64,000 nt of DNA from Candidatus Binatia bacterium (GCA_951813575.1 OX638375.1:3882752-3946751), one strand, 5' to 3'; counted from the first letter of the stretch, positions 47,037 through 56,929 are shown. Notes: generated from the letters alone by a model not told the origin. Translations and numbers: made by a program.

Positions 47037-49151
47037 ATGAGCTTGAACGCCAACCTGCGCGCATTGCTTCGACCCGGATCGGTAGCCGTGGTGGGCGCAT
47101 CCCCAAAGGGAGGCACCGGTGGACGGATCCTGGGAAACGTCCTCGCGTCGGGCTTCCGGGGGACGGTCTATCCGGTGAATCCCAACTACACGGAGGTCCA
47201 GGGCAAGACCTGCTATCCGTCCATCGCCGGGCTCCCGGAGGCGCCGGACTGCGTGGTGGTGGCGTTGCCCGTCACCCGCGTGCTCGGGGTCATCGAGGAA
47301 GCGGTGGCGGCCGGTGTGCCCTCCGGCATCGTGGTGGCCGAGGGGTTCTCGGATGGGAATACCGACGCCGGCCGGCGTCGCCAGCAGGAGCTTCAGCGGT
47401 TGGCCGCCGCCGGCAACATGGCCGTCACCGGTCCCTGCTGCATGGGGGTGGCGAGTCTCCGGTACGGCTTCGCCAACTCCTATTTCTCGATTCCGGAGGA
47501 CGCGGTCCCGGGCGGCGTGTCGCTCATCTCCCAGAGCGGCGGATTGACCAACGCCGTCACCGAGCTGGGCGCCAGCCGCAACATCGGCTTCAACTACATC
47601 ATCTCCAGCGGCAACGAGGCGGTGGTGGAGATGGCCGACTACATCGAGTACTTGGCCGACGATCCCGAGACCCGGGTCATCGCCTGCATCATGGAGGGGG
47701 CGAAGGACGGCACCAAGCTCCGCCGGGTGCTGGCGGCCGCCACGCGGAAGAAACCCGTGGTGGTGCTGAAGCTCGGCCGCACCGAGTCGGGGCAACGGGC
47801 CACGGTGGCCCACACCGGCACCCTGGCCGGTCAGCAGGAAGCCTACGCGGCGCTGTTCCGCGAGACCGGCGTGGCCCCGGTGGAAACCCTCGACGAGCTG
47901 GTGGAGACCGCCGGTCTTTTCCTGCACGGACGCCTTCCGGCGGGGAAACGGGTCGTCTTCCTCACCATTTCCGGTGGGGCCACGGCCCTCATCAGCGACG
48001 TCAACGCCGTGGCGGGACTCCAGTGCCCGCCCTTGTCCCCGGCCGTCAACGCGAAGCTCCAGGCAACCCTGGGCGTGTCGGATCGCCCGTTCAGCAACCC
48101 CATCGACACCGTGGGGATGCCGCGAATCGAGCAGGGGACGAATCTCACCACGGTGCTCGACCTGCTGCTGAACGACGACGCCATCGACCTCGTGGGCATG
48201 GCCCTGAGCGTCAAGCGGACCACGGCTCCCGGGCAGCAGAAGCTGCTGGACCAGGTGGCCGCGTGCGCCAAGACCACGCCAAAGCCCCTGTTCGTGCTGT
48301 CGCTGGCCTCCAACAGCCTCACCGGCGACTGCCGGACCTTTTCCGGCGAGACCGGGGTTCCCATACTGGAGGACGTGGCCGGCGGCATGAAGGCCGTGCG
48401 CAAGCTCGTGGACTACGCGGCGTTCCGCCGCAAGGAGAAGCCGGCCCGGAAACCGGCGGCATCGGTGGGTTTCCGGCCCCCGGACGGCGCGGCCGCCCTC
48501 ACGGAGTACGACAGCAAGCGGATACTCGCGCGTACGGGGATCACCATGACGCGGGAGGAACTCGCCGGGGGTCCCGAGCAGGCCGTCGAGATCGCGGCCG
48601 GCCTGGGCCATCCGGTGGCGCTGAAGGTCCAGTCGCCCGACGTGCCCCACAAGTCGGATGCCGGCGGCGTCCATCTGGGAGCCGCTACCGCCGAGGAAGT
48701 GGCGACGGCGTACCTTCGCGTGATCGGGAACGTCAAGGCGGCCCACCCCGACGCCCGCATCGACGGCGTGCTGGTGCAGGAGATGGTCTCCGATGGCCTG
48801 GAGGTCATCGTCGGCATGGTGCACGACGCACAGTTCGGGCCGCTGGTGATGCTGGGGCTGGGGGGCATCTACGTGGAAGTGTTCAAGGACGCCGCCTTCC
48901 GGCTGGCGCCGCTGGACGACGAGGACGTGCGCGAGATGCTGGCGGAGTTGAGGGGCGGGGCGCTGCTGCGCGGTCTCCGGGGCGGGGAGCCCCGGGACGT
49001 GGACGCCCTGGTGCAGTGCGTGGTCCGCTTCGGTGACTTCGTGGCGCACAACGCCGGCCGGTTCACCGCCGTCGAGATGAACCCGTTGATGGTCCGTCCC
49101 GAGGGCCGCGGGGTGGCGGTGGCCGACGCGCTGATCACGGTATCCGGATAG
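47037..49151 (+). CDS. ADP-forming acyl-CoA synthetase (fused alpha/beta; CoA-binding, succinyl-CoA-synthetase-like flavodoxin and ATP-grasp domains)
   Basis: 704 aa. N-terminal SVAVVGASPKGG CoA-binding motif. Catalytic His region (ATVAHTGTLAG). C-terminal ATP-grasp. Confidence 0.8.
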   Translation: MSLNANLRALLRPGSVAVVGASPKGGTGGRILGNVLASGFRGTVYPVNPNYTEVQGKTCYPSIAGLPEAPDCVVVALPVTRVLGVIEEAVAAGVPSGIVVAEGFSDGNTDAGRRRQQELQRLAAAGNMAVTGPCCMGVASLRYGFANSYFSIPEDAVPGGVSLISQSGGLTNAVTELGASRNIGFNYIISSGNEAVVEMADYIEYLADDPETRVIACIMEGAKDGTKLRRVLAAATRKKPVVVLKLGRTESGQRATVAHTGTLAGQQEAYAALFRETGVAPVETLDELVETAGLFLHGRLPAGKRVVFLTISGGATALISDVNAVAGLQCPPLSPAVNAKLQATLGVSDRPFSNPIDTVGMPRIEQGTNLTTVLDLLLNDDAIDLVGMALSVKRTTAPGQQKLLDQVAACAKTTPKPLFVLSLASNSLTGDCRTFSGETGVPILEDVAGGMKAVRKLVDYAAFRRKEKPARKPAASVGFRPPDGAAALTEYDSKRILARTGITMTREELAGGPEQAVEIAAGLGHPVALKVQSPDVPHKSDAGGVHLGAATAEEVATAYLRVIGNVKAAHPDARIDGVLVQEMVSDGLEVIVGMVHDAQFGPLVMLGLGGIYVEVFKDAAFRLAPLDDEDVREMLAELRGGALLRGLRGGEPRDVDALVQCVVRFGDFVAHNAGRFTAVEMNPLMVRPEGRGVAVADALITVSG

Positions 49152-49170
49152 TTTCAGCCCACAAGGAGCT

Positions 49171-49974
49171 TTGATGACCTACGACAACATCCTATACGAC
49201 GTGACCGATCACGTGGCCACCATCACCCTCAACCGCCCGGAGTCGATGAACGCCATCAACTACAAAACCCGGGACGAGTTGCACGACGCCTGCGCCCGAG
49301 TATCTGCCGATCCGGACGTGTGGGTGTGCATCATCACCGGTGCCGGGGAACGGGCTTTCTGCACCGGGCTCGACTTGAAGGAGCGGGCGCGGGAAGTGGA
49401 CGATTCGACGTTTTTCGAGAAGCGACGGGTACGCAACCGGTCGAGCATGCAGGGCCAGAACATGCCGGTGGCGACGATGGAAAAACCCACCATCGCGTCC
49501 ATCAGGGGCTACGCCGTGGGCGGCGGCCTGGAACTGGCCCTGGCCTGCGACATCCGGGTCGCCGCCGAGGACGCCAAGCTCGGCATGTTCGAGGTGCGCC
49601 GCGGCCGGCTCGGCGGCGGCGGCGGCACCCAACGCCTGCCGCGCCTCGTCGGCATGGCGAAGGCGCTGGAGATGTCGCTCACCGGCGAGGCCGTGGACGC
49701 CCACGAAGCGTTTCGCATCGGCCTCGTGAACAAGGTGGCGCCGGTGGACAGCTACATGGACGTGGCCCGGGAGATAGCGGGCAAGATTTGCCTCGGCGCG
49801 CCGCTGTCGGTCATCGCCATCAAGGAAGCCATCACCAAGGGAATACAGCTTCCGCTCGAGCAGGGTCTCAGGCTCGAGAGCGAGCTGGGGCTGGCGCTCT
49901 CCACCACCGAGGACCAGAAAGAAGGCTCCCGCGCCTTTGCCGAGAAGCGCCCGGCGGTGTGGAAGGCGCGGTAG
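49171..49974 (+). CDS. Enoyl-CoA hydratase/isomerase (crotonase) family protein
   Basis: 267 aa. [13 protein letters not shown]. Oxyanion-hole and catalytic Glu region ([15 protein letters not shown]). Confidence 0.85.
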   Translation: MMTYDNILYDVTDHVATITLNRPESMNAINYKTRDELHDACARVSADPDVWVCIITGAGERAFCTGLDLKERAREVDDSTFFEKRRVRNRSSMQGQNMPVATMEKPTIASIRGYAVGGGLELALACDIRVAAEDAKLGMFEVRRGRLGGGGGTQRLPRLVGMAKALEMSLTGEAVDAHEAFRIGLVNKVAPVDSYMDVAREIAGKICLGAPLSVIAIKEAITKGIQLPLEQGLRLESELGLALSTTEDQKEGSRAFAEKRPAVWKAR

Positions 49975-50045
49975 CGCCGGGAGCCGCAACTGCGTCATCC
50001 CGGACTTGCAGAACATCGTGAACTTGCGGAACATTGTCATGGACC

Positions 50046-50748
50046 ACGAAATGCCGTCCCGGCCCTCTAAAACGTCGCCCCGGGCCCCGAAAATGGCGCC
50101 CCGGGCCCCTAAAACGTCGCCGCGGGCCCCGAAGCTGGCACCGTGGGCCTCTAAAACGTCGCCGCGGGCCCCGGAAATGGCACCGTGGGCCTCTAAAACG
50201 TCGCCGCGGGCCCCGGAAATGGCACCGTGGGCCTCTGAAACGTCACCGCGGGCCCCGAAAATGACACCGTGGGCCTCTGAAACGTCGCCGCGGGCCCCGA
50301 AAATGACACCGTGGGCCTCCAAAACGTCACCCCGGGCTTGACCCGGGGTCCAGGGGTGGAGGTGGGTTGGGCATGTTGCTTGCCAAGCCTCCCGCCCCGC
50401 CCCATCTGGACCCCGGGTCAAGCCCGGGGTGACGCAGAGGCGCCCGGGGTGACGCAGAGGCGCCCGGGGTGACGCAGAGGCGCCCGGGGTGACGCAGGGG
50501 CGCCCGGGGTGACGCAGGGGCGCCCGGGGTGACGCAGGGGCGCCCGGGGTGACGCAGGGGCGCCCGGGGGGTGACGCAGGGGCGCCCGGGGTGACGCAGG
50601 GGCGCCCGGGGTGACGCAGGGGCGCCCGGGGTGACGCAGGGGCGCCCGGGGTGACGCAGGGGCGCCCGGGGTGACGCAGGGGCGCCCGGGATGACGCAGG
50701 GGCGCCCGGGATGACGCAGAGGCGTCTGGGATGACGCAGGGGCGTCTG
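50046..50748. repeat. Composite palindromic repeat element, family 1, full copy (42-bp tandem x~6.5 / left arm / 51-bp loop / right arm / 20-bp tandem x~16)
   Basis: 42-bp unit approximately CCTCTAAAACGTCGCCGCGGGCCCCGGAAATGGCACCGTGGG. Arms GTCACCCCGGGCTTGACCCGGGGTCCAGG (50326-50354) and CTGGACCCCGGGTCAAGCCCGGGGTGAC (50406-50433). 20-bp unit GCAGRGGCGCCCGGGGTGAC. Confidence 0.75.
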
Positions 50749-50779
50749 GAATTGCGATTCGTAGGAACCAGGAGGAACC

Positions 50780-51952
50780 ATGAGCACCAATCTGAGCGGA
50801 AAATACGCCATCGTCGGCGTGGGACAGAGCCCCCTGGGCAAGGTGCCCGAGCTCGGCCCCATCGGACTCTTCGCGGTGGCGGCCAAGAACGCCATCGAGG
50901 ATGCCGGCCTGAAGAAGGAGGACGTGGACGGCCTCATCACCCGCGGACCGGACGACGTCTACTGCCACCACCAGCGCGTGGGAGAAGCGTTGGGACTGAA
51001 CGTCACCTTCAGCACCTCCACCGCCAACGGCGGCGCGAGCCAGACCATGGCCGTGGCGATGGCGTGCATGGCCATCGAGGCCGGCGTTTGCAACACCGTG
51101 GTCGTGGGTTACGGCCGCGACACCTGGTCGCGGACCCATCGCAACGCCGAGGCCAAGCAGGCGGTGGCTTCCAGTCCGCGGACCTACTCGGAGTTCGGCT
51201 CCGAGTTCGGCCGGTTCGGCGCGCCGGTGAACTACGCGGTTTCGGCCCGGCGCCACATGGAGCGTTTCGGCACCACCAAGGCGCAACTCGGCGCCATCGC
51301 GGTGGCGTTCCGCAACCACGCCCGCAAGAACCCTCACGCCTTCATGAAGAAGCCCCTGACCCTGGACGAGTACCTGGGCGCCCGGCTCATCGTGGACCCG
51401 CTCTGTCTCTTCGATTGCAGCGTGTTCATCGACGGCGCCGGGGCGGTGGTGGTGACCAGCGCGGAGCGCGCCCGGGATCTCCGGCAGCCGCCCGCCTATG
51501 TCCGCGGCTTCGGTTTCGGCAACCGCCTGAGCGGGTGGTACAACGACGACAACATGATCAACACCGGCGCCAAGGAAGCGGGGGAGGCGGCCTACAAGAT
51601 GGCGGGCATCGGCCCCCAGGACGTGGACACCGCCCAGATCTACGACTGCTTCACCCACATGGTGCTGCTGCAGCTCGAGGACTACGGCTTCTGCGCCAAG
51701 GGCGAGGGCGGGCCTTTCGTCGGCTCCGGGGCCTTGGAATTCGACGGCGTGCTGCCAACCAACACCTCCGGCGGCCAGCTCTCGGAAGGGCACATCGAGG
51801 GCATGCTCCAGGTGCTGGAAGGCGCCCGTCAGGTCCGCCGCGAGCACACCCCCGACCGGCAGGTGAAGGACTGCAACATCGCCTTCGTGTCCGGCCACGG
51901 CGGCAATACGGTGTGCCAGTCGGCGTTGATCCTGGGGAGGGAAGCGGGATGA
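50780..51952 (+). CDS. SCP-x/nonspecific-lipid-transfer-type thiolase (thiolase-like protein that pairs with DUF35)
   Basis: 390 aa. YAIVGVGQSP N-terminus. Thiolase fold. Followed, with overlap, by a DUF35 gene. Confidence 0.75.
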   Translation: MSTNLSGKYAIVGVGQSPLGKVPELGPIGLFAVAAKNAIEDAGLKKEDVDGLITRGPDDVYCHHQRVGEALGLNVTFSTSTANGGASQTMAVAMACMAIEAGVCNTVVVGYGRDTWSRTHRNAEAKQAVASSPRTYSEFGSEFGRFGAPVNYAVSARRHMERFGTTKAQLGAIAVAFRNHARKNPHAFMKKPLTLDEYLGARLIVDPLCLFDCSVFIDGAGAVVVTSAERARDLRQPPAYVRGFGFGNRLSGWYNDDNMINTGAKEAGEAAYKMAGIGPQDVDTAQIYDCFTHMVLLQLEDYGFCAKGEGGPFVGSGALEFDGVLPTNTSGGQLSEGHIEGMLQVLEGARQVRREHTPDRQVKDCNIAFVSGHGGNTVCQSALILGREAG

Positions 51953-52365
51953 GCGAGTACAACAAGCCGCTGCCGCCGCCGACCGTGGAATCCGAGCCCT
52001 TCTGGGACGGGTGCAAGCGCCACGAACTGGTGGTGCCCCGTTGCGACGCCTGCTTGAACCACTGGTTCCCGCCCACCGCCACCTGCCCCAAATGCTGGAG
52101 CACGGACTGGACCTGGACCGGGGTGAGCGGCAAGGGGAAGATCTATTCGTTCGGCGTGTATCACCGGGCCTACCACAAGGGCTTCGCCGACGAGCTGCCC
52201 TACGCGCTGGTGGTGGTGGAACTGGACGAGGGTCCGCGCCTCACTACCAACGTGGTAGGCTGCAAGCCCGACGAGTTGAGTTGCGACATGCCGGTGGAGG
52301 TGGTGTTCGACGACGTCACCGAAGACCGGACCCTGTACAAGTTCAAACCCGTGAACGACAGCTAG
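51949..52365 (+). CDS. DUF35 OB-fold / zinc-ribbon protein (thiolase partner)
   Basis: 138 aa. CDACLNHWFPPTATCPKC zinc ribbon. ATGA overlap with the thiolase stop. Confidence 0.7.
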   Translation: MSEYNKPLPPPTVESEPFWDGCKRHELVVPRCDACLNHWFPPTATCPKCWSTDWTWTGVSGKGKIYSFGVYHRAYHKGFADELPYALVVVELDEGPRLTTNVVGCKPDELSCDMPVEVVFDDVTEDRTLYKFKPVNDS

Positions 52366-52376
52366 CGGAGGTAACC

Positions 52377-53546
52377 ATGCTGCACAGCACCGAACGCATT
52401 CTTGTGACCCATACCGGCAGCCTGCCGCGACCGCGACAGCTCATCGACATGATGCTGGCGGAGAATGAGGGCAGGCCCGTCGATCCGGCGGAGTACGAGG
52501 ACAAGCTCCGGGGCGCGGTCCACGACATCGTGCGCCTGCAGATGGATCTCGGCGTCGACGTCGTCGACGACGGCGAGCTCAGCAAGCGCGGGTTCGCGGT
52601 CTACGCCCACCAGCGGCTCGACGGCCTCAGCCCCACCGGGCGGGTGCGGGTGTCGCCCTGGGACAACTCTCGGGAATCCCAAGCGTTTCCGGAGCACTAC
52701 GGGTACTACAGCCCGGTGCCCGGAGCCAAGCCCAACCCCAGCAACATGCAGATGGCCTGTACCGGCCCCATCGCCTACAGGGCCCAGGAGCGCGTGACGC
52801 AAGACCTGGCGAACCTGAAGGCCGCGGTGGAGGAAGCCGGGGCCGCGGAGGCCTTCGTGCCGGCCATCTCCCCCTGCGACGTGGCCGGCAACCAGGAGAA
52901 CGAGTACTACAAGAGCGACGAGGATCTCCTGTTCGCCATCGCCGAAGCCCTCAGCGTGGAATACCAGGCTATCGTCGACGCCGGCTTTCTGCTCCAGATC
53001 GACGACCCGCTGCTCATCAACTACTACGTCAAGAACCCGGACCTGAGCGTGGACCAGTGCCGCGCCTGGGCCGAAGGGCAGATCGAGGCCATCAACCACG
53101 CCTTGCGGAACATTCCCGAGGACCGGGTGCGCTACCACACCTGCTACGGCATCAACATGGGGCCCCGGGTCCACGACATGGAGATGAAGGACTACATCGA
53201 CATCGTGCTCAAGATCCGCGCCGGCGCCTTCTCCTTCGAGGCCTCCAACCCGCGCCACGAGCACGAGTGGAAGATCTGGGAGGACATCAAACTGCCCGAA
53301 GGGAAGCTCATCATCCCCGGCGTCATCACCCAGTCGTCCGTGGTGGTGGAACACCCCGAGCTCATCGCCCAGCGCCTCGAACGCTTCGCCGGGATCGTGG
53401 GCCGCGAGAACGTCATCGCCGGCAGCGACTGCGGCTTCGGCACCCAGGCCCTGGAGGTCCCGGAAATCCACCCCGCCATCGTCTGGGCCAAGTTCCAGGC
53501 CATGTCGGAGGGGGCACGGATAGCCAGCGAGCGGTTGTGGGGGTGA
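52377..53546 (+). CDS. Cobalamin-independent methionine synthase (MetE) C-terminal-domain-like / UROD-MetE-fold protein
   Basis: 389 aa. …ILVTHTGSLPRP… N-terminus and C-terminal Zn-ligand-like region (…SDCGFG…) typical of MetE-like family proteins. Confidence 0.65.
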   Translation: MLHSTERILVTHTGSLPRPRQLIDMMLAENEGRPVDPAEYEDKLRGAVHDIVRLQMDLGVDVVDDGELSKRGFAVYAHQRLDGLSPTGRVRVSPWDNSRESQAFPEHYGYYSPVPGAKPNPSNMQMACTGPIAYRAQERVTQDLANLKAAVEEAGAAEAFVPAISPCDVAGNQENEYYKSDEDLLFAIAEALSVEYQAIVDAGFLLQIDDPLLINYYVKNPDLSVDQCRAWAEGQIEAINHALRNIPEDRVRYHTCYGINMGPRVHDMEMKDYIDIVLKIRAGAFSFEASNPRHEHEWKIWEDIKLPEGKLIIPGVITQSSVVVEHPELIAQRLERFAGIVGRENVIAGSDCGFGTQALEVPEIHPAIVWAKFQAMSEGARIASERLWG

Positions 53547-55465
53547 GATCCACGACCGCCCCCTTCGGCACCTGGGAGAGCCCCATCACCGCCCGCATGA
53601 TGACCGAGGGCGCGGTGGGGATCGGCAGCCTGAAGGCCGACGGGGAGAGTCTCTACTGGCTTGAGTCCCGACCCTCCGAGGCTGGACGGAGTGTCCTCGT
53701 GCGCCGGACCGGCAGCGGCGCCGTCACAGACCTCACGCCGGCCCCGTTCAACGTGCGCACCCGCGCCCACGAGTACGGCGGCGGCGCCCTCGGCGTGCGG
53801 AACGGCGTCGTGCTCTTCGCCAACTTCGCCGATCAACGCGTGTACCGCCTGGAGGACGGCGCCGACCCGCGTCCCATCACTCCCGAGGGTCCGCTCCGCT
53901 ACGCCGACTTCGACCTGGATCCGTCGGCCGGTCGGGCGGTGTGCGTGCGCGAAGACCATCGCGACGGCGGGGAGCCCGTGAACGCCCTGGTGGCGCTGGA
54001 GCTGGAAGGCGACGGCGACGAGGTTTGCGTCGTGGCGTCCGGGGGCGACTTCTACGCCGCGCCACGCCTCTCTCCGGACGGCCGGCAACTCGCCTGGCTG
54101 TCCTGGGATCACCCCAACATGCCATGGGACGGCACCTTCTTGTGGCTGGCCGACATGGCGGCGGACGGCGCCCTGACGAATGCGCGCCGGGTGGCCGGGG
54201 GCGCGGACGTCTCCGTCTTCCAGCCGGAATGGTCGCCGGACGGGACGCTTCACTTCGTCGACGATTCCATCGGCTGGTGGAACCTCTACCGTTGGCGCAA
54301 CGGCGCGCGGGAGCCCCTGTGTCCCCGGCAGGCGGAGTTCGGCCTGCCGCTGTGGCAGTTCGGCATGCGGAGTTTCGGATTCCTGGCCGACGGCCGCCTT
54401 GTCTGCCGGGTGATCGAGGGCGGAGCAGGACGGCTCGCCGTCGTCACCGAGGCCGGCCTGGAGACGCTGCCGACGCCGTTCTCGCATCCCGGGCTGCCCC
54501 AGTCCCTGGGCGGCCGGCTCGCCTTGATCGGGGCCACCCGTTCGGAGCCAACCCGGCTCAGCCTGTGGGACCCGGACACGGGCGCCGAAGAGGTGCTGAA
54601 ACGGGCGACGGAGACCACCGTCGACCCGGGCTACATTTCGGAAGCGGAAGCCATCGAGTTCCCCACCGCCGAAGAGCTGTCGGCCCACGCTTTCTACTAC
54701 CCGCCTCGCAATCAGCATTATGCCGCCCCGGCGGGGGAGTTGCCGCCCCTGATCGTGCGCTCGCACGGCGGCCCCACGGGGGCCACCAACGACGCGTTCA
54801 CGCTGGCCATCCAGTACTGGACCAGCCGCGGCTTCGCCGTCGTCGACGTCAACTATGGCGGCAGTACCGGCTTCGGGCGCGCCTATCGAGCGCGCCTGGA
54901 CGGGCGCTGGGGCATCGTGGACGTGGACGACTGCGTCAACGCCGCCCGATTCCTCGCCGGCTCGGGCCGGGCGGACCCGGACCGTCTGATCATCCGCGGC
55001 GGCAGCGCCGGCGGCTACACGACGCTGGCCGCGCTCGCCTTCCGCGACACCTTTCGGGCCGGCGCCAGCCTCTACGGCATCGGCGACCTGATGGCCCTGG
55101 CCCGGGACACCCACAAGTTCGAGAGCCGCTACATGGATCGGTTGATCGGTCCTCTGCCGGATTCGGAATCCGCCTACAGGGAACGTTCTCCCGTCCATCA
55201 CCTGGACGAATTCGATTGCCCGATCATTTTCTTTCAAGGGCTCGACGACAAGGTGGTACCGCCCAATCAGGCCGAAGCCATGGTGGACGCGCTGGACGCC
55301 AAGGGGCTGCCGGTGGCCTATTTGCCCTTCGAAGGCGAGGGCCACGGATTCCGCCAGGCGGAAACCATCGTCCGCGCCCTGGAGGCGGAGCTCTACTTCT
55401 ACGGCCGTGTCTTCGGCTTCACCCCTGCCGACGACATCGAGCCGGTACCGATCCGAAATCTCTGA
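53544..55465 (+). CDS. S9-family serine peptidase (beta-propeller plus prolyl-oligopeptidase alpha/beta-hydrolase domain)
   Basis: ~640 aa. GGSAGGY nucleophile elbow. C-terminal D and H (…GLDDKVV…GEGHGF). Confidence 0.75.
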
Positions 55466-55479
55466 AGAAAAATATGGAC

Positions 55480-56085
55480 TCGGATGCGACGATTGGTCGA
55501 CTAAAGTACGGCACATCGTCGAATCGTCTTGGAAGCCTTTCCTGAAGGGTCTCTACGATACCTACGGCGACCGGCTCCGCATCATCGTCACCGGCAGTAG
55601 ACGTCTCGATGTCTACCGCCGCGGCCGTGTTGTGCGATTTCCATCTGGGATTCCTCGTCAGGCCGTGGTTTCGGAACGTCTCGCGATCACTGCGCAAGGA
55701 GCCCAAGTGGTACCTGAGGGACTGGGCCGACATCGAAGACGTCGGGCAGAAGGCCGAGACCTTCGTCGCGTGCCATCTTCTCAAGGCGGTCGAAGGCTGG
55801 AACGACATGGGACTGGGACGGTTCGAACTCGGTTACCTGCGTGACAAGGAGAAGCGCGAAGTGGACTTCCTGGTGGCCAGGGAGGGGAGCCCTTGGATAC
55901 TCGTAGAAGTGAAGTACCGCGACGAATACTTGAGCCGATCGCTCAAGTACTACCAGGATCAACTCAAGGCCCCGTTCGCGTTTCAGGTGGTTCTTGATGT
56001 CGACTTCGTCGATGCCGACTGCTTCGCAAGGCCTGGGTCACCCACGGTCGTGCCGGGTAGAACCTTTCTTTCCCAACTGCTTTGA
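55480..56085 (+). pseudogene. Remnant of a DUF4143 AAA-ATPase gene (truncated and frameshifted)
   Basis: Frame 1 (55407-55844) carries …LRIIVTGSRRLDVYRRG…. Frame 3 (55609-56085) carries the DUF4143-like C-terminus …REVDFLVAREGSPWILVEVKYRDEY…. The N-terminal Walker region is absent. GC content is locally lower. Confidence 0.5.
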
Positions 56086-56338
56086 CCGAAAGGTTGGTTG
56101 TACCTACCGCCGGCCAAGTCTGGCTCTCTAGGCTGAACACTCTCGAAGGGAGCCTTCTGTCGGGCTTCGGGAGGCTCGCTTGTCCTCCGCGTGCCAACAA
56201 ACAGTGAGTTCACCTGCGGTTCTGTCCCACTTCCCAAGCATAGTCGGTGCGGGGCATACTGCCGTACGCCGTTGACAACACGAACTCCCCTTCGGTAAGG
56301 TCTCGCAGTTACAATCACGCGTGTGATCGGGAGGATCC

Positions 56339-56929
56339 ATGGGAAAGCTACAGATGCTTGATCCGAGGGCTGACGTTCTGCTTGAGAACCGCCCACCGGT
56401 GCCCGGGCTGGATGATCTGACGGGGAAGGTGGTTGGGATCATCGATAACGGCCAGGCCAACTCGAGCCCGATGTTCGAGGAGTTGGCGCGGCTGATCGAG
56501 GAGCAGACGGGCGCCGCCGAAGTGCTGTTGCGGAAGAAGCCGAGCCACATGAATGCGGCGCCGGGGGAACTGATCGAGGAGATGCTGAGCCGGTGCGACG
56601 CGGTCGTCACCGGCCTCGGTGCTTGAGGGTCGTGCACGTCGTGGAGTGTCCACGACGCCATCGAGATTCAGAAGCGCGGCACGCCCACTGTGACCCTGTG
56701 TCAGACCATCTTCATGGAGCTGGGACGTAAGGAAGCGACGTTCTTCGGCATGCCCAAGCTGCCGCTGGTGCAGATCCCGCACCATCCGAGCGGCGGCGCC
56801 CGGCCGGGTGAGCACGCCGAGGATGCGAGGATCGCCATCGGTCCGGTGCGCGAGACCCTGACGGACGCCGATGCCGCCGAGTCTGCGCCGGCCGGCGCCG
56901 CGGGAGCTGAAGCCCAGGCGGGCAAATAG
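56339..56929 (+). CDS. UGSC-family selenoprotein; in-frame TGA (56624-56626) read as selenocysteine
   Basis: ORFs 56339-56626 and 56690-56929 are in the same frame, separated only by the TGA. Read-through gives …AVVTGLGA-U-GSCTSWSVHDAIEIQKRGTPTVTLCQ…, containing the U-G-S-C motif. SECIS-like hairpin 11 nt downstream. Confidence 0.65.
56637..56657 (+). promoter_or_regulatory. Putative bacterial SECIS element hairpin
   Basis: CGUCGUGG-AGUGU-CCACGACG: perfect 8-bp GC-rich stem, 5-nt loop with G and U, beginning 11 nt after the UGA. Confidence 0.5.

Noticed and set aside
50034-50264. ORF encoding a repetitive Pro/Arg/Lys-rich peptide (GPLKRRRGPRKWHR)n, and overlapping ORF 49937-50341
   Set aside because: Translation of the 42-bp tandem DNA repeat. 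The periodicity is at DNA level, there is no RBS and composition is atypical. Treated as non-coding.
50434-50748. Possible CRISPR array (regular 20-bp repeats; also the 34-bp repeats at 44907-45100)
   Set aside because: The repeat units are directly contiguous with no intervening unique spacers and are continuous with the palindromic arm sequence. These are tandem satellite-like arrays, not a repeat-spacer structure.
56339-56929. Calling 56339-56626 and 56690-56929 as two separate small genes
   Set aside because: Same frame, separated solely by TGA. The second would need a GTG start with no RBS. The UGSC motif spans the junction and a SECIS-like hairpin follows. A single selenoprotein is the more parsimonious reading.
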